From an uncultured Acidimicrobiia bacterium (lineage in GTDB: Bacteria > Actinomycetota > Acidimicrobiia > Spongiisociales > UBA4744), in NCBI GenBank assembly GCA_964496205.1, contig CAZBXV010000005.1:1-63974 (forward strand): a stretch of 63,974 nucleotides of DNA, given 5' to 3'. A program made the position numbers and the translations under genes. How positions within the stretch are numbered: position 1 is the stretch's first letter; every line of letters begins with the position of its first letter. Under the pieces are notes generated by a model. It worked only from the letters and a program-made list of their open reading frames with translations, ran no database searches and was not told the origin of the DNA. Below, piece after piece: positions 30,720 through 40,682 of the stretch.

Positions 30720-31400
30720 GTGTATGGTCCTGTTATGGACATCGAAACGGTCCTCGCGGCGAGTGAAGATGCGCTTCGGCAACCCGGCCGCGTCGATCTC
30801 GGTTCGCTCGGGTTTTGGAGGACCGTTGCTGTCTTGAAGCGAGATCCCCAACTCGCCCTCCGGTACGGCGAACGTGTCGAGCGCATCGACGACGAAGCGT
30901 TCCTGAGATGGGCTCGATTCGTGCTCCCCCTCTGGCTCGGTGTGACAGGGATGCTCGTTGCATCGATCGCTGGACTCTTCGTCGTGTCGCTGGGGTACTT
31001 CACGGCGGCGCCATGGAACGGCATCTGGATCCTCGTTGGGACAGGAATCCTGCTCGGGTCCACACATACCCTCGCACATGTCGCCGTCGGCGGTGCGGTT
31101 GGCATTCGCTTCACGCACTGGTTTATTGCCGATAGACCCCAGCCGGGTGTGAAGATCGGCTACGCCAGCTATCTGGCCACACCGCCCAGAGCCCGAGCCT
31201 GGATGCATGCTTCGGGTGCGATCATGACGAAGCTCGTCCCGCTGCTCAACCTCGGTGCGGCCTGGGGGGCGGGTGCCCCGGGATGGACCGTCTGGCTTCT
31301 GATCATTCTGGAACTCGTGATGATCGCCACCGACGTCCTCTTCTCGACGAAGAACTCGGATTGGAAGAAGTTCAAGCGAGAGATGAGATACGTTTCGTGA
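30720..31400 (+). CDS. hypothetical polytopic membrane protein
   Basis: At least 4 hydrophobic segments and codon third-position GC bias on this strand. The opposite-strand 289-aa ORF is Arg/Pro-rich junk. The start may be ATG at 30735. Confidence 0.5.
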   Translation: MYGPVMDIETVLAASEDALRQPGRVDLGSLGFWRTVAVLKRDPQLALRYGERVERIDDEAFLRWARFVLPLWLGVTGMLVASIAGLFVVSLGYFTAAPWNGIWILVGTGILLGSTHTLAHVAVGGAVGIRFTHWFIADRPQPGVKIGYASYLATPPRARAWMHASGAIMTKLVPLLNLGAAWGAGAPGWTVWLLIILELVMIATDVLFSTKNSDWKKFKREMRYVS

Positions 31401-31486
31401 CAGGTCCCCAAGCGTGTTCACCGGATCCCAGCATCGGTATTTCCACCGCTTCACCCTCTTACTGACGACTGGGAGCGCAGTTCCCA

Positions 31487-32482
31487 CTACACCACCAGAA
31501 CTGCGGCTCCCGCGACCCTTCCCTCACGCAGGTCCAGCAGCGCCTCGTTTGCGCGTTCGAGCGGATACGTTTGGACGAGCGTCGTGACGGGAATGTCCGC
31601 TGCGAGTTGCAGGAACTCCCGTGCATCGGCCTTGGTGAAGTTGGCGACGCTCCGGATCTGCCGCTCCAGCCACAGGTGGCGATAGTCGAACGCGGGGATC
31701 TCGTCGAGGTGGATCGCGTTGATCGCGACAATCCCGCCCCGGTCCAGCGCTTTCAAAGCGCTCACCGCAACCGACCCGACGGGTGCGAACGTGACCGCCG
31801 CATCCAGGCGAACCGGTGGCTCGTCATCGTATGCTCCTGCCCAGACCGCACCCATGTCCAGGGCGCGACGACGCTCTACCTCGGATCGGCTCGCCACGTA
31901 CACCTCGCACCCCCAGTGTCGAGCAACTTGAAGGGAGAGCAGCGCCGATGCACCGAAGCCGTAGAGGCCGAGCTTCCCGCCGGGCTGGATCCCGGACACT
32001 CTCAGAGACCGGTACCCGATCACCCCACCACACAGCAGAGGAGCGACCTCTACATCTCCGACGCCGCCAGGGAGCCGGAATGCGAATTGGGCATCGACCA
32101 CTGCACGTTCGGCATATCCGCCATCTCGGTCCCAGCCTGTGAACACGGCGGATTCACAGAGATTCTCGCGGCCCGATCTACAGAATCCGCACTCCCCGCA
32201 GCTGCCGCCGATCCAGCCAACCCCGACACGGTCGCCAACTGTCCAACCGGACACTCCGTCACCGACCTCGGCAACGATCCCAACGATCTGATGTCCCGGT
32301 GTGACGGGGTGACGATGCTGTTCGATGTCCCCTTCTACCTCCTGGAGGTCCGTCCGGCACACACCGCATGCCGCAACGTCCATCAACAGCTGGCCGGGAC
32401 CAAGTGACGGCTCATCGGCTTCCTCGAGTCGGAGCGGCCGCTCATCGACTGGTCGTGGCTCGTGAAGACGCTGGGCTTTCAT
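31487..32482 (-). CDS. zinc-dependent alcohol dehydrogenase (MDR family)
   Basis: 331 aa. CGVCRTD, GHQIVG, structural-Zn CGECGFCRSGRENLC. Confidence 0.88.
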   Translation of the reverse strand: MKAQRLHEPRPVDERPLRLEEADEPSLGPGQLLMDVAACGVCRTDLQEVEGDIEQHRHPVTPGHQIVGIVAEVGDGVSGWTVGDRVGVGWIGGSCGECGFCRSGRENLCESAVFTGWDRDGGYAERAVVDAQFAFRLPGGVGDVEVAPLLCGGVIGYRSLRVSGIQPGGKLGLYGFGASALLSLQVARHWGCEVYVASRSEVERRRALDMGAVWAGAYDDEPPVRLDAAVTFAPVGSVAVSALKALDRGGIVAINAIHLDEIPAFDYRHLWLERQIRSVANFTKADAREFLQLAADIPVTTLVQTYPLERANEALLDLREGRVAGAAVLVV

Positions 32483-32613
32483 GGATCAGAGGCTAGCGAC
32501 AAGCCCCACAGCCCGGTGCAAGCACCCCTCAGGCTGTCGCCTGTCGCCACTCCGAAACAACTTTGCGGCAGGATGCCACGCGCCCGGGCCCGAGTCGGTA
32601 GGCTTGCGCAGAC

Positions 32614-33741
32614 GTGGAGGGTAGGAATCGCACCAGCTTGAGGCTTCTCTCCATCGCGGGAGGCCTGCTACCGGTCGCCGCCGTCGTCGGCGCGCTGCTG
32701 ATCGGCGCGGTGATGCTCCTGGTGCTCGGAGCAGACCCGATCAAGGGTTTCTCCGCACTCATCGAGGGCTCGTTCGGATCGCTGAAAGCCCTCTCAGATA
32801 CGGCATCCAAGGCAGTCCCACTGCTGCTCGTCGGTGTCGGGATCACCATCGCGTTCAGAGCGAACGTCATCAACATTGGCGGAGAGGGGCAGATCGTCCT
32901 CGGAGCCATGTTCGGCACAGGCACGGCCCTCCTGTTTCCGCACCTCCCAGGCTGGTTGCTGCTTCCCCTCGTGATGATCGCTGGGTTCGCGGGCGGTGCG
33001 CTGTGGGGCGCGATTCCGGGCGCGTTGAAGGCGTACTTCAGTGTCAACGAGATCCTGTCCACGATCATGCTCAACATCGTGGCCGTCCAGATCATGAACT
33101 TCTTCCTTCAGGGACCCTGGATGGATCCCGCAGAGGTTGAAAAGGGCAGTCGAATCCCCCAGACGGCACGACTCCCTCAACAAGCCGACCTCCCTCTCCT
33201 CCTGAAGAACACGCGCCTCAACATCGGGTTGGTCATCGCGGTCGTCGCAGCCATTCTCGTCTACATCTTCCTGTGGCGCATGACCGAAGGGTTCCGGATC
33301 AGGGCTGTGGGATTCAACCCGTTCGCGTCCCGCTACGCGGGAATGCAGGTCAACAACCGCATCGTGCTCGCCTTGACCCTGTCGGGTGCGCTCTGCGGCC
33401 TCGCCGGGGCAATCCTCGTGTTCGGCAGCGAGTCGCATCGGTTCGTCACCGACGGCTCGGCAACCGGCTTCACGGGAAGTGCAGGCTTCAACGGAATCGT
33501 CGCCGCGCTCTTCGGCGGCCTCCATCCAATCGGCACCATTCCGGCTTCGGTGCTTTTCGGAGCGCTGCTGGTGGGAGCCAACAAACTCCAGCGCGTCGTC
33601 CAGGTTCCTTCCGCGCTGATCATCGCGTTGAACGGCCTCGTCGTCGTTTTCGTCGTCAGTTCGGCAATCTGGAAGCGGCGCCTCGATCGCCGCATTCAGC
33701 TCTCGGCAAGCCGCGCCAATGATCCCGGAGGCGGCCCATGA
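32614..33741 (+). CDS. ABC transporter permease (BMP/nucleoside-type, YufP-like)
   Basis: 375 aa, about 10 TM. NIGGEGQ motif. Operon with a BMP-family binding protein. Confidence 0.87.
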   Translation: MEGRNRTSLRLLSIAGGLLPVAAVVGALLIGAVMLLVLGADPIKGFSALIEGSFGSLKALSDTASKAVPLLLVGVGITIAFRANVINIGGEGQIVLGAMFGTGTALLFPHLPGWLLLPLVMIAGFAGGALWGAIPGALKAYFSVNEILSTIMLNIVAVQIMNFFLQGPWMDPAEVEKGSRIPQTARLPQQADLPLLLKNTRLNIGLVIAVVAAILVYIFLWRMTEGFRIRAVGFNPFASRYAGMQVNNRIVLALTLSGALCGLAGAILVFGSESHRFVTDGSATGFTGSAGFNGIVAALFGGLHPIGTIPASVLFGALLVGANKLQRVVQVPSALIIALNGLVVVFVVSSAIWKRRLDRRIQLSASRANDPGGGP

Positions 33742-34670
33742 GCGAGTTCTTCAAGATCGCGGCGCTCGTCACCACGGCGAGCACGGGAATTCGGTACGCG
33801 ACCTCATACCTCTACGCGGCCATCGGTGAGACGTTCGGGCAGCGCAGCGGCGTACTCAACCTTGGTGTCGACGGCATCATGCTCCTCGGGGCGTTCGGCG
33901 CCTACTACACGACACGGCAGACCGGAAACCTCTGGTTGGCAATGCTCGTCGCCGCCGTGATCGGACTCATCATGGGGCTGGCAATGGCATTCGTGAGTGT
34001 GACCCTCCAGGCGGAACAGGGCATCAGCGGCATCGGCTTCTATCTCTTCGGGCTCGGGATGAGCGATCTGCTCTTCCAGAAGCTCGTCGGGACACCCCTC
34101 CCGATCCCCGGCTTCTCACAGATCCGCATCCCGTGGCTGAGCGAACTCCCGGTCGTGGGACAGTTGCTGTTTTCCCACAGCATCATCGTGTATGGCGCCT
34201 TTCTGCTGGTCCCGATCACCACATACGTACTGAACCGAACCACGATTGGTTTGAAGATCCGATCGGCGGGGGAGAACCCGGCTGCCGCCGACACGCTCGG
34301 CGTGTCGATCGCCAGAGTCCGCTACGGGACAGTCATGTTCGGCAGCATGCTCGCGGGTATCGGAGGTGCCGCCCTGACCACCGAGCTGCGGATCTTTCAG
34401 TCGAACCTGACGGCAGGCCAGGGTTTCATCGCGGTGGCGCTCGTCTACTTCGGTGCCTGGCGCCCCGTCGGCGTGATGTACGGGGCGCTTCTCTACGGCC
34501 TCGTGGCCTCGACCGTCCTCCAGTTGAAGACGCTCGGAGTGATTCCGCGGTCCGTCTCGGACCTCGCGACGATGCTCCCGGCGGTCATCACGATTCTCGC
34601 ACTTGTCGTCGCCGTTCAGCGGGAACGCCAACCGGCGGCGCTGACGAAACCGTACCAACGAGGGGGCTAG
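33738..34670 (+). CDS. ABC transporter permease (BMP/nucleoside-type, YufQ-like)
   Basis: 310 aa. ATGA overlap with the upstream permease. NLGVDGIM motif. Confidence 0.87.
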   Translation: MSEFFKIAALVTTASTGIRYATSYLYAAIGETFGQRSGVLNLGVDGIMLLGAFGAYYTTRQTGNLWLAMLVAAVIGLIMGLAMAFVSVTLQAEQGISGIGFYLFGLGMSDLLFQKLVGTPLPIPGFSQIRIPWLSELPVVGQLLFSHSIIVYGAFLLVPITTYVLNRTTIGLKIRSAGENPAAADTLGVSIARVRYGTVMFGSMLAGIGGAALTTELRIFQSNLTAGQGFIAVALVYFGAWRPVGVMYGALLYGLVASTVLQLKTLGVIPRSVSDLATMLPAVITILALVVAVQRERQPAALTKPYQRGG

Positions 34671-34693
34671 CCCCCGGGAAGGAAACACCGAGG

Positions 34694-35740
34694 ATGAAAC
34701 GACTATCAGTCATTCTGGTGCTGGTGTTCGCGCTGGTCGCGGCCGCGTGCGCCAGTGGCACCAGCTCAACAACAACTACGGCGTCGACAGCCACGACCGA
34801 GGGAACCACGCAGGCCGCTGCCGAACCGTTCAAGATCGCGATGATCGCTCCTAGCGCCATCAACGACCTTGCGTTCACGCAGAGCATGTACGACGCGCTG
34901 CTGGCCATTCAGACCGAAATGGGTGGCGAGTCGGCGGTCCAGATCGACTACACGGACAACGCCTTCGTCGTCGACGACGCCGCGGCAGCCGTCCGTGACT
35001 ACGCCGATCAGGGCTACGACCTCGTGATCGCTCACGGTTCGCAGTACGGCTCCTCGCTCCAGGAGATCGCACCCGACTATCCGAACACGTCCTTCGCGTG
35101 GGGCACCGCCGGCGACACGTTCGGCCTCTCGAACGTCTTCGCCTATGAGGCCGCATCCGAGGAAGGCGGATACGTCGAAGGTGTGATGGCTGCCGCACTG
35201 TCCAAGTCCGGAGTGCTCGGTGTCATCGGACCGATCGAGGTTGGAGATGCGAAGCGGTACGTGGACGGCTTCGTCGCCGGAGCCACTGCCCAGAACCCGG
35301 CGATCGATATCAAGGTCAACTACACCGGATCGTTCAGTGACGTCGCGCTCGCCGCTGCCGCGGCGACGACCGAAATCGGTCAGGGCGCCGACGTCTTGAC
35401 GGGCAGCGCCCAGATGGTGACGGGCGCCGTGGGTGTCGCTCAGCAGGACGGCGTCCTGTGGTTCGGCACGCAGGCCGACCAGGCTCAGCTGGCCCCGGAC
35501 ATCGTCGTCGCCTCCCAGGTCTACGAGTGGCAGGTCGTCGTCGACCAGATCATCTCGCTGATCAAGGGCGGGACGTTGGGTGGCCAGTCGTTCGTGATTG
35601 ATCTCGCCAACGGCGGTGAAACGATTGCGTACAACCCGGGCTACTCGCTGTCTGAAGACACGAAGGCACTGGCCGAGAAGACGATCGCAGGCATCATCGA
35701 TGGTTCGATCGAGCCGCCTCGTCCGGCAGCCAGTTCCTAG
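34694..35740 (+). CDS. BMP-family (PnrA-like) substrate-binding lipoprotein with a Thr-rich linker
   Basis: ATG at 34694 (MKRLSVILVLVFALVAAAC lipobox). The track ORF from 34133 is an over-extension. IAMIAPSAINDLAFTQS motif. Confidence 0.88.
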   Translation: MKRLSVILVLVFALVAAACASGTSSTTTTASTATTEGTTQAAAEPFKIAMIAPSAINDLAFTQSMYDALLAIQTEMGGESAVQIDYTDNAFVVDDAAAAVRDYADQGYDLVIAHGSQYGSSLQEIAPDYPNTSFAWGTAGDTFGLSNVFAYEAASEEGGYVEGVMAAALSKSGVLGVIGPIEVGDAKRYVDGFVAGATAQNPAIDIKVNYTGSFSDVALAAAAATTEIGQGADVLTGSAQMVTGAVGVAQQDGVLWFGTQADQAQLAPDIVVASQVYEWQVVVDQIISLIKGGTLGGQSFVIDLANGGETIAYNPGYSLSEDTKALAEKTIAGIIDGSIEPPRPAASS

Positions 35741-35753
35741 AAGGAGCGACACG

Positions 35754-37322
35754 ATGCATCCCCAGGGCACCGACCCGAGCGCCGGCATCGATTTGGAGAT
35801 GCGCGGCATCGTCAAACGGTTCCCTGGGGTGCTCGCCAACGACCACGTCGACTTCGACGTGCGCCGCGGGGAGGTGCACACCCTGCTCGGTGAGAACGGC
35901 GCCGGCAAGTCGACGTTGATGAAGATCCTCTACGGTCTGCACCAACCCGATGAGGGCCAGATCCTCATCGACGACGAGCAGGTGCATATCTCGTCCCCCG
36001 CCGATGCCATCCGTCACGGCATCGGCATGATCCATCAGCATTTCATGCTCGTGGAGACCATCACGGTTGCAGAGAACGTCGCGCTCGGACTCAAGTCGAG
36101 TCGTGGTCCGCTCATGGATCTCGACGTCGTCTCCGCTCGGATCGAGGAGCTCTCCTCGGCATACGGAATCAAAGTCGATCCGGCCGCCTACGTCTGGCAG
36201 CTCTCGGTCGGCGAGCAACAACGGGTCGAGATCATCAAAGCCCTCTATCGCAACGTTTCGCTCCTTGCGCTCGACGAGCCGACAGCGGTTCTCACGCCTC
36301 AAGAGGTGGACGACCTCTTCGTCACCCTGCGACGGATGGCATCGGAGGGACATCCGCTGATCTTCATCTCGCACAAGCTTCATGAGGTCCTCGACATCTC
36401 CGATCGCATCACGGTGCTCCGCAACGGCCGCAAGATCGGCACCGTCCCCAAGGAAGGAGCGACCAAATCGAGCCTCGCGTCGATGATGGTCGGCCGTGAA
36501 ATCGCGCTCGAACGCTCGCACGACGCCGTCCAGATCGGCGAGCCGGGGCTCCAGGTAAGGGGTCTGCATGCCTTGAACGACCGCGGGCTCCCGGCCCTCG
36601 ATGGGGTCGACCTGGAGGTTCGGGCAGGAGAGATTCTCGCCATCGCGGGCGTCTCAGGCAACGGCCAGCGGGAACTCGCCCAGGTGATTGCCGGGTTGCG
36701 GCAGGCCACCGAGGGGACGGTCCTGTTGAACGGCGTCGATGTCACCGCTTGGAAGATCAAGGATCGACGCAACGCCGGACTCGCCTACATCCCGGAGAAG
36801 CGGATGCGGGACGGCGTCATTCAGCAGTTCACCATCGCAGAGAACCTCCTGCTCCACGAGTACGACAAGGCGCCCTTTGCTCGGCGGGGCTTCATCAACT
36901 TCTCGGCCGTGGAGAAGCACTCCGAGGAGCTGATCCAGAGCTTCAAGGTCAAGACGCCGTCTCAGAAGACGCTGATGTCGACGTTGTCCGGCGGCAACAT
37001 CCAGAAGGCGATCCTGGCGCGTGAACTGTCGGGGAACCCGAAGGTGCTCATCGCTGCACAACCGACACGAGGTGTTGATATCGGAGCAACCGAGTACATC
37101 CATCAGCGTCTGCTCGATCAGCGGATGATCCACAACAAGCTCCTCGATCAGCGCAAGGCGGGAACTGCCACCCTTCTCATCTCGGAGGATCTCGACGAGA
37201 TCCTGATGCTCGCCGACCGCATCGCGGTCATCTATGAAGGCCGCATCATGGGCATTGTCGAGCGTGCTGATGCCACAGTCGAACAGCTCGGCCTCATGAT
37301 GGCCGGCGTCACAGACGACTGA
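35754..37322 (+). CDS. ABC transporter ATP-binding protein, duplicated ATPase
   Basis: ATG at 35754 with AAGGAG upstream. Two cassettes: Walker A GENGAGKS plus signature LSVGEQQR, and in the second cassette GVSGNGQ plus signature LSGGNIQK. Confidence 0.9.
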   Translation: MHPQGTDPSAGIDLEMRGIVKRFPGVLANDHVDFDVRRGEVHTLLGENGAGKSTLMKILYGLHQPDEGQILIDDEQVHISSPADAIRHGIGMIHQHFMLVETITVAENVALGLKSSRGPLMDLDVVSARIEELSSAYGIKVDPAAYVWQLSVGEQQRVEIIKALYRNVSLLALDEPTAVLTPQEVDDLFVTLRRMASEGHPLIFISHKLHEVLDISDRITVLRNGRKIGTVPKEGATKSSLASMMVGREIALERSHDAVQIGEPGLQVRGLHALNDRGLPALDGVDLEVRAGEILAIAGVSGNGQRELAQVIAGLRQATEGTVLLNGVDVTAWKIKDRRNAGLAYIPEKRMRDGVIQQFTIAENLLLHEYDKAPFARRGFINFSAVEKHSEELIQSFKVKTPSQKTLMSTLSGGNIQKAILARELSGNPKVLIAAQPTRGVDIGATEYIHQRLLDQRMIHNKLLDQRKAGTATLLISEDLDEILMLADRIAVIYEGRIMGIVERADATVEQLGLMMAGVTDD

Positions 37323-37345
37323 GGTTCGGAGCCAAGCGTTCGCCG

Positions 37346-40300
37346 TCAGCCGTTCGCTCTCGGCACGTGTGGCATCGACTCCGTGAGTCCGTTCATGATG
37401 GTGACCATGGTGGCTGCCGGTTCAAGGAGAACGCTTGCGCCGTCCTCACCCGACGCGTCCAGGACCGCAAGAGAGTCGGGGTCCAGGTGCACCTCTCCCC
37501 TGGGACTCCTGTAGCTCAGGGCGCCGTTCATTTCGACGCGATGGGTCTCTCCGCCGAATCGGCCCTCCATCGCGTCGTCGAACAGCATGAACGCGTTGTC
37601 CGACTGGGACAGGAAGTCCTCGCGATTCAGGTACAACCGTGGCTTGTCCCGGTACGGTTCTCCCGCGGTCGGACAGAACGTCACACAGTTCCCGCATTCG
37701 TTGCAGAAGTCGGTGAGCACGGCGATCTGGTATCCCTGATCGACGGCGAACGGTACGGCATCGGCGATCTCGTATGAATCGGCACCAAATCGAACGGCGG
37801 TCAACTCGAAGGACACAGGCTCCATGGCGTACGTCATCAAAGCCATGTTCGGGCAGACACCGACGCAGATCGAGCAGTACAGGTCGCAGTCGAGGCACCG
37901 TGACGCCTCCTTCTGAGCCTCCTCAACCGTGTATGCATGGGTGCCCATCCGGAAGTTCTTTCGTTCTTCCAGCGGGACATGCGTCACCGGGACCCGGTAG
38001 TCGCGGTGCGCCTTGCGTACCAGGACATCGGCCACCGAGAACACTGGCAGATTGCGCGGGGCCGGCGGCACCGTTGTTCCTTCTCGAGCAAGAATCGTCG
38101 TTGCTGCCGTCTTCGCATCGCCGGCCGCTTTCACGATCGATGCCGGACCCGGCGCTGCCACGTCGCCTGCCGCAAACACGCCCGGGATCGATGTTTCCAT
38201 CGTCGCCGAATCGACGTCGAGGTAGCCGCTTCTGGTCAACGCCGGCATCTCCTCGTCGAAGAAATCGATGAGGGCATGCTGGCTGATCGCCAGGATCATC
38301 GTGTCGAAGGGGATCTCGAACTCGGAACCCTCGATCATGTATGGGATCTTCCTGCCCGAGCGGTCCCTGTCACCCCGATACTCGTTGCGGACACACACGA
38401 GACCCGCGAGCGCGCCGCTTTCGACGTGAAGCTCGATCGGTGTCGTGAGCTCCTCCACGGCGATGCCTTCCTCCAGCAGCAGGTGGACCTCTTCTCGGTC
38501 GGCGGGCATCTGATCGATAGTGCGTCGGTACACGACCGTCACGTCGTCGGCGCCAAGGCGCCATGACGTCCTTGCGCAGTCCATCGCTGTGTCACCGGCT
38601 CCGATTACGGCAACTCTCGACCCGATCTCTACAGGGTGTCCTTCCCGTGCAGCCCTCAGAAAGTGGAGAGCGTCCATGACCCCGTCGGCGTCCTCTCCTT
38701 CGAGGCCGAGACGTTTGCCGATCTGCGCCCCTGCCGCGACGATCACGTAGCGGTATCCCTGCTTGCGGAGCTGGGATACCGTGAAGTCACGTCCGGCGAC
38801 CTGCCCGAACCTCGTCTCGACACCGAGGTCGTCGACTACACGCATGTCCTTGTCGATGTGCTCCTGCGGCAAGCGGTATTCGGGTATCGCCCCGGCCACC
38901 ATTCCGCCCGGATAGGGGTGCTGTTCGAACATCGTCACCGCGAAGCCTTCGGCAGCCAGCAGCTCGGCCGCCGACATGCCGGCAGGGCCTGCACCGATGA
39001 TCGCTACCTTCACCTCCCTGGAAGCTTTCTGCTCCGGGCGAGGAGGCTCGGTCTCGAGTGTCATGACAAACCGCTTCATATCCCTGATTGCCAGCGGCTC
39101 GTCGTAGTGGGTTCGAATGCATGTCTGCTCGCACAGGTGATCACACACCTGTCCGAGGATCGTCGGGATCGGATTGTCCTGCCGTGTCACGTCGACGGCC
39201 CGTCCCCAGTCCCCTTCCCGAACCGCTCTCATGTACTCGGGAACCCGCTGGTTCACCGGACACTCGTCTTCGCAAGGGGCGGCGATGCAGTCGAACAGAT
39301 CGAGCGGCCGGACTGTCTTGGAACGGCTTCGGAGGAACGACCCCTTCTTCAGATCCCACGACGCTCGTACCTCATCCGCATAGCGGTTCAGGTTCTCGCC
39401 TGAGGAGGTGCGTACCAGATCCTCGCCAATCCCCCCTCCTGCCGCGGCAGTACGAACGATGAACTCGTCACGGTTCGAGGCGCCGGCATGGTCGAACGCA
39501 TCGTTCGTCGTTTCGAAGTACTGGAGCATGCGCATGTATCCACCGGACTTGAGCAGGTCGGAGCACACGGTGATCGTGCTCATCCCGGCAGCGAGAAGCC
39601 ATGGAACGTTGAACGCGTCGGCGCCGCCGGCGAACGACATAAGCAGTTCTCCGTCGAACTCGTGGTTCAGTTTGTTGGCAACGTTCGTTGTGATCGCGTG
39701 CAGTGCCCTGCCCGACATGTACATGGTTGGGTCCGTGAACACATCCCTGAAGTTGAGCACTTCAAGTGTGTTGGTGAGCTTCACACCGAACGTGAGACCC
39801 TCCCGATCTCCGATGGCTTTGAGCCTGCGCAGCATCGGAACAGCGTCCTCGTATCGCAGATCATGGCCGAAGGCCTCGTCTGGAACCGGAACGTCCACGT
39901 ACCCGAGGTCCTCGAGGATCGTACGAACCCCCTCAGGACCCAAGAGGGTCGGGTTGAGTTTGACGCTCGTATGGAGGTGGCGTTCCTCCATCAGATACTG
40001 GCTGATCATTTCGATCTCGTCCGGGGGGCAGCCATGCATCGTCGACAGGGTGATGGTGTCCGACATCATGTTCGGGATATCGATATCCCGAACATCCGGG
40101 TAGTCCTCGGCCACGATGTCGACGATCTCGGAAAGGCGGTCGGATCCGTCTCGCATCGAGTCGAGGTACCACTGGACATTCGGCTGATGGATGCCTGCGT
40201 AGTCGTATCCGACGCTCATGTTGAAGATGAGACCAGGACCCTCGCCGGGAAAGCCGAGCTTCTTGTGCAGGGCGTGTATCAGGACCCACGCACGGAGGTA

Positions 40301-40669
40301 CTCCTCGAAGGACTCATGGACCTTGAGCTCCTGTGACCATTCGACGTTGTAGCCTTCGTCCTGGCAGTCGATGCACGGTTTGGGGACGTCCAGCTCGTCG
40401 AGTGTTTGGACCGTCTTCAGCTCGATGAATCTCGCGCCGTGCAGCCACGCGACGATGATGTTCTGCGCCATCTGCGTGTGGGGGCCGGCCGCAACGCCGA
40501 ACGGAGTGTCGATCGTCTGTCCGTACACCGACGTCTTGAACCTGTCATCTGGACTCGGAACGAAGAACGCCGAACGCGGAAACCCGAAGACCGTGTCCTC
40601 GGCATCCAGCTCAGAGAACACCCAGTGGCTCAGCGCACGGGCACTGATCGGATGAAAACGGTCGGACAT
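37346..40669 (-). CDS. ygfK: YgfK-like multidomain flavo-iron-sulfur oxidoreductase (DPD/DHODH-like barrel + GltD-like FAD/NAD(P) module + 2x[4Fe-4S] ferredoxin)
   Basis: ATG at 40669 (MSDRFHPI) with GAGGAG upstream gives 1107 aa. The N-terminus FGVAAGPHTQMAQNIIVAWLHGARFIELKTVQ...KPCID matches my recollection of E. coli YgfK. VAIIGAGPAGMSAA, VAVIGAGDTAMDCA, CLDCDLYCSICVGVCP, CNECGNCVTFCP. Confidence 0.83.
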   Translation of the reverse strand: MSDRFHPISARALSHWVFSELDAEDTVFGFPRSAFFVPSPDDRFKTSVYGQTIDTPFGVAAGPHTQMAQNIIVAWLHGARFIELKTVQTLDELDVPKPCIDCQDEGYNVEWSQELKVHESFEEYLRAWVLIHALHKKLGFPGEGPGLIFNMSVGYDYAGIHQPNVQWYLDSMRDGSDRLSEIVDIVAEDYPDVRDIDIPNMMSDTITLSTMHGCPPDEIEMISQYLMEERHLHTSVKLNPTLLGPEGVRTILEDLGYVDVPVPDEAFGHDLRYEDAVPMLRRLKAIGDREGLTFGVKLTNTLEVLNFRDVFTDPTMYMSGRALHAITTNVANKLNHEFDGELLMSFAGGADAFNVPWLLAAGMSTITVCSDLLKSGGYMRMLQYFETTNDAFDHAGASNRDEFIVRTAAAGGGIGEDLVRTSSGENLNRYADEVRASWDLKKGSFLRSRSKTVRPLDLFDCIAAPCEDECPVNQRVPEYMRAVREGDWGRAVDVTRQDNPIPTILGQVCDHLCEQTCIRTHYDEPLAIRDMKRFVMTLETEPPRPEQKASREVKVAIIGAGPAGMSAAELLAAEGFAVTMFEQHPYPGGMVAGAIPEYRLPQEHIDKDMRVVDDLGVETRFGQVAGRDFTVSQLRKQGYRYVIVAAGAQIGKRLGLEGEDADGVMDALHFLRAAREGHPVEIGSRVAVIGAGDTAMDCARTSWRLGADDVTVVYRRTIDQMPADREEVHLLLEEGIAVEELTTPIELHVESGALAGLVCVRNEYRGDRDRSGRKIPYMIEGSEFEIPFDTMILAISQHALIDFFDEEMPALTRSGYLDVDSATMETSIPGVFAAGDVAAPGPASIVKAAGDAKTAATTILAREGTTVPPAPRNLPVFSVADVLVRKAHRDYRVPVTHVPLEERKNFRMGTHAYTVEEAQKEASRCLDCDLYCSICVGVCPNMALMTYAMEPVSFELTAVRFGADSYEIADAVPFAVDQGYQIAVLTDFCNECGNCVTFCPTAGEPYRDKPRLYLNREDFLSQSDNAFMLFDDAMEGRFGGETHRVEMNGALSYRSPRGEVHLDPDSLAVLDASGEDGASVLLEPAATMVTIMNGLTESMPHVPRANG

Positions 40670-40682
40670 GCTCACACTCCTC

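Noticed and set aside
30618-31487. 289-aa minus-strand ORF opposite the membrane-protein gene
   Set aside because: The sequence is charged and Pro/Arg-rich, with no domain. The plus-strand frame shows TM helices and third-position GC bias.
34766-35908. 380-aa minus-strand ORF opposite the BMP lipoprotein gene
   Set aside because: It is antisense to a gene with a clear lipobox and BMP motifs, and its composition is Arg/Asp/Gly-rich.
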